From contig JAGOSC010000005.1 in assembly GCA_018062515.1 (NCBI GenBank), positions 880 to 64,879 on the forward strand: DNA of 64,000 bases. The letters run 5' to 3'. The position numbers and the translations under genes were made by a program. The DNA is from Candidatus Omnitrophota bacterium. Lineage in GTDB: Bacteria; Omnitrophota; Gorgyraeia; Zapsychrales; Zapsychraceae. Of the stretch, positions 45,567 to 53,908 are shown in pieces (the first letter of the stretch is position 1; every line of letters begins with the position of its first letter). The notes under the pieces were generated by a model that was given only the letters and a program-made list of their open reading frames with translations, was not told the origin of the DNA and did no database searches.

Positions 45567-48500
45567 ATGAAAAAGAAAATTTTCCTTATGAAAAAGTTTG
45601 TGTCTATATTAATTCTTTGCGCATTTACAATGAACACCATTGTTCCGCCGAGTTTGGCGCAGAGCATATCGTCAACGATCCTACCGCCGGTAGGTTCAAT
45701 GCTAACCATGACACCATCGTTTGTTCCGATACAAATCAAGGGTCTAACCATCGATCCCGAAAATCCTTTGCATTTTGAATTTATCATCGATACCGGCGAT
45801 TCAAAAATTGTAAACGATGAAGAATTGCGCGCCGAAACAACAAAACTGGTTAAATATTTTCTTACATCGCTGACCGTTCCGGAAGAAGATATGTGGGTCA
45901 ATCTTTCTCCTTATGAAGGAAATCGTATTGTTACCGACGGATTCGGACAAACGCAAATGGGTCAGGATCTCTTAGCGCAAGATTATATTCTAAAACAAAT
46001 CACCGCATCATTAATGTTCCCTGAAAAAGAGTTGGGCAAAAAGTTCTGGGATAAAATTTATCAGAGAGCAGAACAAGAATACGGAACTAAAGATATTCCA
46101 ACGAATACATTTAATAAAGTATGGATCATTCCGGAAAAAGCCACGGTTTATGAGCATGACGGCAGTGTTTTTGTTATCGAAAGCCGTTTAAAGGTTTTAT
46201 TGGAAGAAGATTATTTTGCCCAAAGAAAATCTGAAGGAGCCTCCGTCGATCCAAATAAATCTGTGTATACCGACATCGTTCGAGAAATTTTAATTCCGGA
46301 GATTGAAAAAGAAGTCAATGAAGGACAGCATTTTGCCAAACTGCGTCAAATTTATAATGCGATGATCTTAGCGACTTGGTATAAAACCAATCTGCAAAAA
46401 TCCGTCTTAGGACAAATTTATGTTGATCAAAATAAGTTGGAAGGCATTAACGGCGAGAATAAAAACGCTAAGTCAGATATTTATAATCAATATCTCAAGG
46501 CTTTTAAGGCCGGCGTTTATAACTATATTAAAGAAGACTATGATTCGACAACTCGGTCAACGATTCCCCGACAGTACTTCTCCGGTGGATTTGCCGCTAC
46601 TTCAGATAAAGCGGCATTATCCACCGTAGTTAAGGAATCAAACCTGGGTCAAAACAACACGCCGTTATCCGACGAGGACTCAGCACTCATCGCAGATGCA
46701 TTATCCGCGCGAGGCAAACAGTTTAATACAGATATCCTCCTTAGAGAAGCCGTCTCGGGGATAACTTCCGGCGATGAAGCTATTCTTAGTTCTTTTACTG
46801 AAGATGAAATTGTGTCACGAATTCTAAATACTCCATATGATCCGATAAAAATTGGTCAGCAAATGCGGGCATGGTACGCTGATGGTAACCTCGACGCTGA
46901 TATCTTAAAAGCAACCTTGACCAATTTAAGCCGCCGTGTTGTGTACGTAAAAAGTACAGCTGATTTAAAAGACTATGAAAAAATGAAGCCTTTTTTGATC
47001 AAGACCTGGGCGCTGCTTAAAGAAGCGAATGACTCTCAGTATACCGAAAGCATTTCGATCATTGAGAGAACCATGGCCTACTCCTTATATATTTCGGATC
47101 CAAAATTATTTTATGCCGAACCGATTGAATCCATGGTCGCTGATTTAAGAAAAATTAAAGACAGCACCGCGGATGAACGTATTAAATTTGATGAAGCTTG
47201 GACACTGATTTCCAAACGCTACAGCCAAAAAAATCCGCGAGATATTTTTTATATCGCCCGGGCGATGAAACGTCCCAAGGCCTCAGATATTGTTAAAAGT
47301 TCTTTATTTAAAGATTTCATGGAATTGCGGGATGCCAAAGATCCGCTCGACCCTCAAAAAAATGAACGTTACACGCCGACGGAAAATGAGATTCAAGAGG
47401 CCATGTCGATCGGGTTCAAAGATAAATTAGAAGCCCGTGAATATGTCATTGCCAAACGAGACGCCCAATATGATGACGCATCCGTACTTACGGGAATAGG
47501 GACTTTTGTGGATCCAAAAACCGGAAAAGAGACAAAAGTTATGGTTGTTGCTTTACAAAATGGAAGTGATATTAAGGAATTATTTGAAAGAAATGCCGGT
47601 TTAAACCGCCCGTGGGGATATTGGAAAGCGATCCGCGCTTTTCGTTTGGCGGAATCTACAGAGTATAGAATTCCAATTGTCACTTTTGTTGACACGAAGG
47701 GGGCGGATAACACATTACCGTCGGAAATCGCCAATCAATCGGGCGTGGTTTCCTACGCCATACAAGTTCAACAAGAGCTGACGGTTCCGTTTATTTCCAT
47801 CATCAATATCGACGGCGTAAGTGCTGGAGGCATGGTTGTCACTCAAGGCGGCGCATTATATATGATGGATTATTCGAATCGATATTTAGCTGCTCCGGCA
47901 GGGTCTTTAGATATTATCGGCAAAGCAAAAACGACTATTCCCGTCGCTGAGCAACGCGGCGTGAAAGATACAATCGGAATGCAAATCATTGAAAAAGAAG
48001 TGCAAAGTGTGTGGGGAGATGCTTTTCATGCGGACGCGAAAAGATCATTGGAAGAATTAAAAACCATTTCCGGAATTATCCCTGAAGCGCTCGGTGGTGC
48101 GCATCGATTCCCTGAACTTTCTTATGAAATGATAGGCGATGTCATTCACAATTACTTAAAGGAAAATGCCAACAAAACAGTTGCGCAGCTTAAAGCCCAG
48201 CGTCATGACTTTTTCCGTCGATTAGGTGGAATTCCTGAAAAAGATTTTAGAATCGTCGACGATCAAGATGTCCCAACCTTGACCAAATCCATCATCACAC
48301 CGGATGAATTTGCACAGTTGGTGGAAACTATTCTTGACAATAAACAAAATACCGAACGTATGCTCCATGCGTATCGCCAGTACACTTTTACACTGAAATC
48401 AGCGAAACAAAAAAAAGAGGTTGTCGCTGTATGGATGAAAGTTTTTAGAGCTAACCGCAGCTGGTTTGATAATCGCTGGATGGTCAAAGTTTTAAATGCT

Positions 48501-51500
48501 TCGTTAACAGAATTTGAAAAGAAGGGAACGCAAAATGCTAAAACTCTTAAAGAGGCGATGATCAAGAGTTTCTTTCCGGAACCGCGCAGTATTGCTGATC
48601 GTCTCGAACAATTTGTCGACCGCAAAAAAGATGGAAGTTTGGAGATTATTGAAGAATTAAATGCGAATTTAGCCGAGACACCCATCATCGATTTTGATGA
48701 AACCATTCATGAAGCCTATCCCTTTTTGAAGATTGATGGCCAGGATATTGCGGCCAAGTTTGACCAATTCCGCAAATTAACCGGCTCATTAACCGGCGTT
48801 TGGACCGGTTATGTTAAAATCGGCGGAGTAAAGACGATGCTGGTTTTAAAAGATCCACGCTGGTTGAACGCCAGCGCAACAACGGCCGTCATCGGCGAGA
48901 AAGTGACCCGCGCCTTGGAAGATGTGCGTCAAAAATTTGATAAAACCAAAGAAAAAATTCCCGTGATCATGTTGACGACGGCGAGCGGTGCTCTTCAGCA
49001 AGAAGGCCAGCGCGCTATGGACCCGTTAAATAAAAAACTCGCTGGATTGGTTGAATTGAAGGAACGAAATATTCCCGTCGTGATTTTAGGTGCCTACGAA
49101 GTTTTCGGTGGTGATAGCGCCTCCGACGCGACATATCAAGATGCTGATCTTTTACTATTAGAAAAAGGGACAAGAAAAGGATTCACCGGCCACCCGACGC
49201 TGACCGGAGAAAATGATCGACGTAAGAAAAAAGGTGTTAAAGATACTTCGCAAAATGAGGTTGTGCCATTAACCGTTTTGCCTTTTCCATATCAGACTGA
49301 TCAGTTCTTAGACCGGCTTGGATTTATCGATGGAATTGTGACTGTCGAGCAAGAAACGCCTTTATTACAAGCTTTCTTACAAGACGTGACTAATAAAGAA
49401 CTGACTGTTAAATCCGAAGAAATTAAAGAACTTTTAAAAACCTTTAAAGACAAACGTGAAATGCGAGTAAAGCTTGTACGCGCCTTGGAACGAAAACCAT
49501 TTAAGACGACGTTTCAAAATGGAAATGAGGCTGAAGTTTTTAATCTGCGAAATAAGGCAAGACTATTGATGAATCAGCCAGGCATTGGCTGGCGTTATGA
49601 AAAGCCCGCAACAGGCCAAGAAACGGTGAATTCAGATGAAGCCATGCTGACCAACGTTTATGAAAATGCTGAAACGATGTATCAAAATTTGCCGCAAGAT
49701 ATTGAAAAATTTATGATGAGTACGGCATCGAAAATTAACGGCGGTGAAGCTGTAATGAATGATCAAAAAGCGATTACGGACATGATGTCCTTAATCGGAG
49801 AAATTTATGAAAAAGAAATGGACGGCCTGACGACGAAAAATTATCACAATCATATGCATAATCTTTCTGTCTCATTTGGAAGTTTAATTCTCGCCCAAAA
49901 TGCAAATTTAATTAAAGATAAGAATGATTTGATTATCGTCTTTTTAGGATCATTGTTTCATGATTTTCATGTGCGCGATGTCCGTCCTTTGCGTGAACGC
50001 GGCCCGGCAACGCCCGCCTTGGTTAATGAAACATTAGGTATTGAAGGATCAGGTGGGCAGCTCCCTGATTTATTAGCAATAGATGGATTCGTTTATAAAA
50101 ATCCAGCTATTGCCAATGCGCGTTATGGAGTGGTCGGAACCGATGTTAAAAAATCGGCCCGGGAAATCTATCAAACTTTAACTGGTAATGATGGTTCAAA
50201 TGGAATTTATAATGAAATTGCCGCCATTATACGGCGAACTGATTTTTCATCGGATCTCCCGCCAGCTATCGATAAGTATAAAAACCGTACTTTTGTTGTC
50301 CGCGATTTTATGGATGCAAAGGTTAATGAATGGTCACAAACGAAATCAGAAATATCCGACACTGATTTAACGCAACTCATTAATCAGGTGGAAAAACAAT
50401 ACCAGGATATTTATACTGATATGGCTCGGGACAAAGAATTGACTCCTGTAGGAAAAAGGGAAGTTTCCGAGAAGTGGGTAACACGTCAGCGTAATATTGA
50501 ACTGGCCTTCTTAAATGCTTTAACTAAAGTCAGATCTTCTCGACGATTAAATGTTTACCAAATAGCCAATCGTGTTGAGCTGGCCGATCAATCTGTTGCC
50601 TCGTGGATCGGATCCCCGGATATTGCCAAAAATATCACGTTAGGACTTAAAGAGGAACTGCCTTTTGTCAGCATCGAAGCTAATTATCCCTTATTTTATA
50701 CACCGCAATTATTACCCACACGGGTTTTATCACGCTTAAGAGATCTTCCCCTCAATTTAAGAATTAATTTCTTAAAAAATATGGAATATTTTGCCAGTTA
50801 TAGTACTGATTTCGCTAAAAATCTGAATGATGAGCAGAAAACGAAAATAAATGAATTTGTTTATAAGATGATGTTAAATTCTTTAGGAGAGTGGGACAAG
50901 ATTGAAGAAGATGTCCTTATGGAATTACGACTATATGTAGATGAAGAAGGTCAGATTAAACAACAAAGAATGGATCCTGAAGTAGTGCAGGGACTGAGAA
51001 AATCTATTATCGGAACAGTCTTTAACCTACGTGACATACATTCAATGGTTGCACAAAGAACAGTGAAAAAAATAAACTTGGCAGCAAATCAAACGATCAT
51101 TGAAGAAGGTGATGTCATTAATCACAAGAATTCAGAAGGTCTTTACATTATTATTTCCGGGGAAGTTAAGGTTATTGTCGGTGGAAGTCCTGTGGCAACG
51201 CTTAAGGCGGGGGACCATTTCGGAGAATTGGCCATCATCAGTCGCCTACCGCGCAATGCCACTGTTGTTTCCACTAGTCCTACAGTATTGGTTAAAATGC
51301 CGAGCAGATTTTTACATGGATTAAGATTAGTCAGCGATGAATTTAGTGATGCATTATATGCTGAAGCCAGAGCTAAAACGCGAAAAGGAACATCGATTCT
51401 GCCATATTGGGTTGAATCAGAAATTGTCATGAAAATGGCGCGGTCAAACCAAATATTAAATGAACAATCTAAAATTTTAGCTTGGCAGATGCCACAGTTT

Positions 51501-52088
51501 GTTAGGGGAAATGAAAATAAGAGCGAACGTTTAACACTCCAAAGCGTATATGACCGTTTACCAGCTGCCCTTTATGAATTTGAAAATGATTATCCTGAAA
51601 TAGGACCGATTAAGCTTGTTGGAATTGCCTCTAACGGACCGTCCGTCAGTGTTTATGTGGATCCGATTGACCATAAGTCGATTGTGGTTTTCTCCGATGA
51701 TTTCTTTAAGAGAGACTTGGACAACTTTAATCAACGTATAAAAACGGCTTTGCAGACTGCGATGAATGACGCGGCCATGTTCGCTGATGATGAATCTCCC
51801 AACGCTTTAACCAAAGGTGGTATTGATTTAAATCCCCAGGCGCTGGACCTAAAAATTAAAAATACCGGCACACAAATTCCTTTTCCCGTCGATGAGAACA
51901 TCGAACAGTTTATCGATATCAAAGGATTTTCTCCTGTCATTATTAATATAACCCCGATCCACAATCTTCCGCTTATTTTAGGAATCATTGATGGGAAGAA
52001 TGACCAATCTCCCCAAGTTAAAAGTGATCATTTTCCGTTATATAACGTGAAAGGTCGTTTTGAATCCGTCGAGGATTATCCTTCCTAA
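45567..52088 (+). CDS. giant secreted mosaic protein D (2173 aa): signal peptide + shared N-module + carboxyltransferase alpha (AccA-like) and beta (AccD-like) domains + HD-like domain + cNMP-binding domain + shared C-module
   Basis: ATG 6 nt after the C stop. Signal ...IVPPSLA|QS. AccA-like RIPIVTFVDTKGA...PEALGGAHRFPE. AccD-like VIMLTTASGALQQEGQ...VVILGAYEVFGGDSAS. cNMP block GDHFGELAIISRLPRNATVVS. C-module GGIDLNPQALDLKIKNTGTQIPFPVDEN at 51815-52088. Confidence 0.85.
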   Translation: MKKKIFLMKKFVSILILCAFTMNTIVPPSLAQSISSTILPPVGSMLTMTPSFVPIQIKGLTIDPENPLHFEFIIDTGDSKIVNDEELRAETTKLVKYFLTSLTVPEEDMWVNLSPYEGNRIVTDGFGQTQMGQDLLAQDYILKQITASLMFPEKELGKKFWDKIYQRAEQEYGTKDIPTNTFNKVWIIPEKATVYEHDGSVFVIESRLKVLLEEDYFAQRKSEGASVDPNKSVYTDIVREILIPEIEKEVNEGQHFAKLRQIYNAMILATWYKTNLQKSVLGQIYVDQNKLEGINGENKNAKSDIYNQYLKAFKAGVYNYIKEDYDSTTRSTIPRQYFSGGFAATSDKAALSTVVKESNLGQNNTPLSDEDSALIADALSARGKQFNTDILLREAVSGITSGDEAILSSFTEDEIVSRILNTPYDPIKIGQQMRAWYADGNLDADILKATLTNLSRRVVYVKSTADLKDYEKMKPFLIKTWALLKEANDSQYTESISIIERTMAYSLYISDPKLFYAEPIESMVADLRKIKDSTADERIKFDEAWTLISKRYSQKNPRDIFYIARAMKRPKASDIVKSSLFKDFMELRDAKDPLDPQKNERYTPTENEIQEAMSIGFKDKLEAREYVIAKRDAQYDDASVLTGIGTFVDPKTGKETKVMVVALQNGSDIKELFERNAGLNRPWGYWKAIRAFRLAESTEYRIPIVTFVDTKGADNTLPSEIANQSGVVSYAIQVQQELTVPFISIINIDGVSAGGMVVTQGGALYMMDYSNRYLAAPAGSLDIIGKAKTTIPVAEQRGVKDTIGMQIIEKEVQSVWGDAFHADAKRSLEELKTISGIIPEALGGAHRFPELSYEMIGDVIHNYLKENANKTVAQLKAQRHDFFRRLGGIPEKDFRIVDDQDVPTLTKSIITPDEFAQLVETILDNKQNTERMLHAYRQYTFTLKSAKQKKEVVAVWMKVFRANRSWFDNRWMVKVLNASLTEFEKKGTQNAKTLKEAMIKSFFPEPRSIADRLEQFVDRKKDGSLEIIEELNANLAETPIIDFDETIHEAYPFLKIDGQDIAAKFDQFRKLTGSLTGVWTGYVKIGGVKTMLVLKDPRWLNASATTAVIGEKVTRALEDVRQKFDKTKEKIPVIMLTTASGALQQEGQRAMDPLNKKLAGLVELKERNIPVVILGAYEVFGGDSASDATYQDADLLLLEKGTRKGFTGHPTLTGENDRRKKKGVKDTSQNEVVPLTVLPFPYQTDQFLDRLGFIDGIVTVEQETPLLQAFLQDVTNKELTVKSEEIKELLKTFKDKREMRVKLVRALERKPFKTTFQNGNEAEVFNLRNKARLLMNQPGIGWRYEKPATGQETVNSDEAMLTNVYENAETMYQNLPQDIEKFMMSTASKINGGEAVMNDQKAITDMMSLIGEIYEKEMDGLTTKNYHNHMHNLSVSFGSLILAQNANLIKDKNDLIIVFLGSLFHDFHVRDVRPLRERGPATPALVNETLGIEGSGGQLPDLLAIDGFVYKNPAIANARYGVVGTDVKKSAREIYQTLTGNDGSNGIYNEIAAIIRRTDFSSDLPPAIDKYKNRTFVVRDFMDAKVNEWSQTKSEISDTDLTQLINQVEKQYQDIYTDMARDKELTPVGKREVSEKWVTRQRNIELAFLNALTKVRSSRRLNVYQIANRVELADQSVASWIGSPDIAKNITLGLKEELPFVSIEANYPLFYTPQLLPTRVLSRLRDLPLNLRINFLKNMEYFASYSTDFAKNLNDEQKTKINEFVYKMMLNSLGEWDKIEEDVLMELRLYVDEEGQIKQQRMDPEVVQGLRKSIIGTVFNLRDIHSMVAQRTVKKINLAANQTIIEEGDVINHKNSEGLYIIISGEVKVIVGGSPVATLKAGDHFGELAIISRLPRNATVVSTSPTVLVKMPSRFLHGLRLVSDEFSDALYAEARAKTRKGTSILPYWVESEIVMKMARSNQILNEQSKILAWQMPQFVRGNENKSERLTLQSVYDRLPAALYEFENDYPEIGPIKLVGIASNGPSVSVYVDPIDHKSIVVFSDDFFKRDLDNFNQRIKTALQTAMNDAAMFADDESPNALTKGGIDLNPQALDLKIKNTGTQIPFPVDENIEQFIDIKGFSPVIINITPIHNLPLILGIIDGKNDQSPQVKSDHFPLYNVKGRFESVEDYPS

Positions 52089-52110
52089 AATAATTCGTTA
52101 AAAATATTAG

Positions 52111-52182
52111 TATAATCCTGAATATTTTCGTTATAATACTACACAAAAGTTATTCCAACCTATAACGTCAGGATTATATATG
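52111..52182 (+). promoter_or_regulatory. imperfect inverted repeat carrying TATAAT boxes, overlapping start codon of downstream TPR gene
   Basis: TATAATCCTGA(atatttt)CGTTATAAT ... CTATAACGTCAGGATTATATATG. The right arm contains the ATG at 52180. Confidence 0.3.
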
Positions 52183-52773
52183 AACCCATCGATCAATTTC
52201 AGCGACCTACGAAAATCTCTGGATGAAGCAATCACGTTCGCCGAGCTCGAAAAAGCCGAACAAATTGCCGATCAAGGTTTAGAATTTGCCCTTTTTAAAG
52301 AAGACTTGGGCGAAATTATGTACTTCCAAGCACAACACGCCATTCTCGATGAGAATTTTAATCTCGCTATTCGATTTCTAAAAGAAGCGGTTGAATATAA
52401 CCCCTTCGACGGAGCCGCGTACAATGATATTGCTTTGTGTATGATTGAAATCGAAGAAGATGTTCACGAAACAATGTCTTATTTCGACATTGGCATAGAA
52501 GTAGAACCCGACTATGCCACCATTTTCCATAATAAAGGTTGGTTTTTGAATCAACTCGGACGCCCGCAAGAGGCAATTGCCTATTTAAATAAGGCATTAA
52601 CGATTGAACCAGATAGAGCGGTGACTTTCGAGAATTTAGCCGACGTTTATATAAAACTCGGTGAAACCGCCAAGGCCATCTCGGCCTATCAGACGTCCTT
52701 ACGTCTTCTCGATCAATCCTATCCTGATATTCGTCAGCAAATTTTCGAAAAACTCAAAATCCTGATGAGCTAA
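52180..52773 (+). CDS. TPR-repeat protein
   Basis: Three to four TPR-like 34-aa repeats (AIAYLNKALTIEPDRAVTFENLADVYIKLGETAKAISAYQTSLRL). Confidence 0.6.
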   Translation: MNPSINFSDLRKSLDEAITFAELEKAEQIADQGLEFALFKEDLGEIMYFQAQHAILDENFNLAIRFLKEAVEYNPFDGAAYNDIALCMIEIEEDVHETMSYFDIGIEVEPDYATIFHNKGWFLNQLGRPQEAIAYLNKALTIEPDRAVTFENLADVYIKLGETAKAISAYQTSLRLLDQSYPDIRQQIFEKLKILMS

Positions 52774-52780
52774 TCTTTGT

Positions 52781-53143
52781 ATGATTCATATTCCCGATAC
52801 TTTTCTCCCCAGGGATGAAAACGGACAAATCATCTGTCCAAAATGTAAACTTCCGACAAATAAATGTCAATGTCCTTCTTACGATCCGACACAGCCTAAA
52901 ACGGAACGCTATAGTCCGACGATCAAGTTAGAGAAGGCAGGCCGTTCAGGAAAAATTGTTTCGGTTATTCAGCATTTACCCAATGATGAGGCCTACTTGA
53001 AACGATTGATAAAAATAATTAAAACGAGGACAGCCAGCGGCGGAACCTTTTATATCCTCGACGCTGAAGGTGTCATCGAAATTCAAGGCAATCATCAAGC
53101 GATCATTGAAAAAATATTAGGTGATGAAAATTTTTCAGTGTAG
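52781..53143 (+). CDS. yciH: translation initiation factor SUI1/YciH family protein with N-terminal zinc ribbon
   Basis: CPKCKLPTNKCQC followed by the SUI1 core ...IKLEKAGRSGKIVSVIQHL...TASGGTF...IEIQGNHQAII. Confidence 0.7.
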   Translation: MIHIPDTFLPRDENGQIICPKCKLPTNKCQCPSYDPTQPKTERYSPTIKLEKAGRSGKIVSVIQHLPNDEAYLKRLIKIIKTRTASGGTFYILDAEGVIEIQGNHQAIIEKILGDENFSV

Positions 53144-53157
53144 GAAAAATTAATCCC

Positions 53158-53814
53158 GTGGAAAAAATCCAATTTGATTTAGCGCAACACGACGGTAAAT
53201 TAAGTTTATTGTTTGCGGATGAACTTAAAATTAAACCAATTTCTGTTGATTTTACGTCGGACGTTTTGAATTATCGCCTCAAACATGGAGGCGGAAAAAA
53301 ACAATTAATCGCCCGCGCCGTCGGGATAAAATCAGGAAAAGATCTTCCCACCATCTTGGATGCCACGGCGGGTTTTGGACGTGATGCCTTTGTTTTGGCT
53401 TCGTTGGGATGCCGAGTACACATGCGAGAACGTTCAGCGGTAATTCGGGCTTTATTAGAAGACGGTTTGAACCGCGCTAAATTGGATCCTAAAATCGGCA
53501 GTTGGGTGGAAGAGCGTTTAAGTTTAGCATTGAATGATTCACAAAAAATACCGTTTAAACCGGATGTTGTTTATCTTGACCCTATGTATCCAACTAAAAA
53601 AAAATCAGCGCATGCTAAACAGGAAATGCGGATCATTAAAATGGTGGTGGGTGAGGATCCTGATGCGGATGAATTGCTGGAACCGGCCTTAAAAATAGCT
53701 TTAAAGAGAGTGGCTGTCAAACGTCCGGCCTATGCGGGCTGGTTGGCTGACCGAAAACCCGACGCTGTGATCGAATCTAAAAACAGCCGATTTGATATTT
53801 ATATGATTAAATAA
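53158..53814 (+). CDS. rsmJ: 16S rRNA (guanine1516-N2)-methyltransferase RsmJ
   Basis: LDATAGFGRDAFVLASLGCRVHMRERSAVIRALLEDGL...VVYLDPMYP.KKKSA..KQEMRI...LLEPALKIALKRVAVKRPAYA is co-linear with E. coli RsmJ. GTG start. Confidence 0.8.
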   Translation: MEKIQFDLAQHDGKLSLLFADELKIKPISVDFTSDVLNYRLKHGGGKKQLIARAVGIKSGKDLPTILDATAGFGRDAFVLASLGCRVHMRERSAVIRALLEDGLNRAKLDPKIGSWVEERLSLALNDSQKIPFKPDVVYLDPMYPTKKKSAHAKQEMRIIKMVVGEDPDADELLEPALKIALKRVAVKRPAYAGWLADRKPDAVIESKNSRFDIYMIK

Positions 53815-53908
53815 TACCAAAGATCGTGATAGATTCTGTGTTGACGATGTGTACAATATCAATTATATTATTTACACATATCCACGGTCTAAACGCTTAA
53901 AAAAATTC

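Noticed and set aside
22019-52088. Giant ORFs as NRPS/PKS megasynthases, RTX/adhesin-type repeat proteins, or pseudogene/assembly artefacts
   Set aside because: No condensation, ketosynthase, acyl/peptidyl-carrier (GxDS) or thioesterase motifs were found. The only adenylate-forming domain is acyl-CoA-synthetase-like. There are no tandem Ig/cadherin/RTX repeats. The reading frames are uninterrupted for 1727-3472 codons with intact catalytic motifs. Paralogous but clearly diverged end modules argue against an assembly duplication artefact, although long-read confirmation is still advisable.
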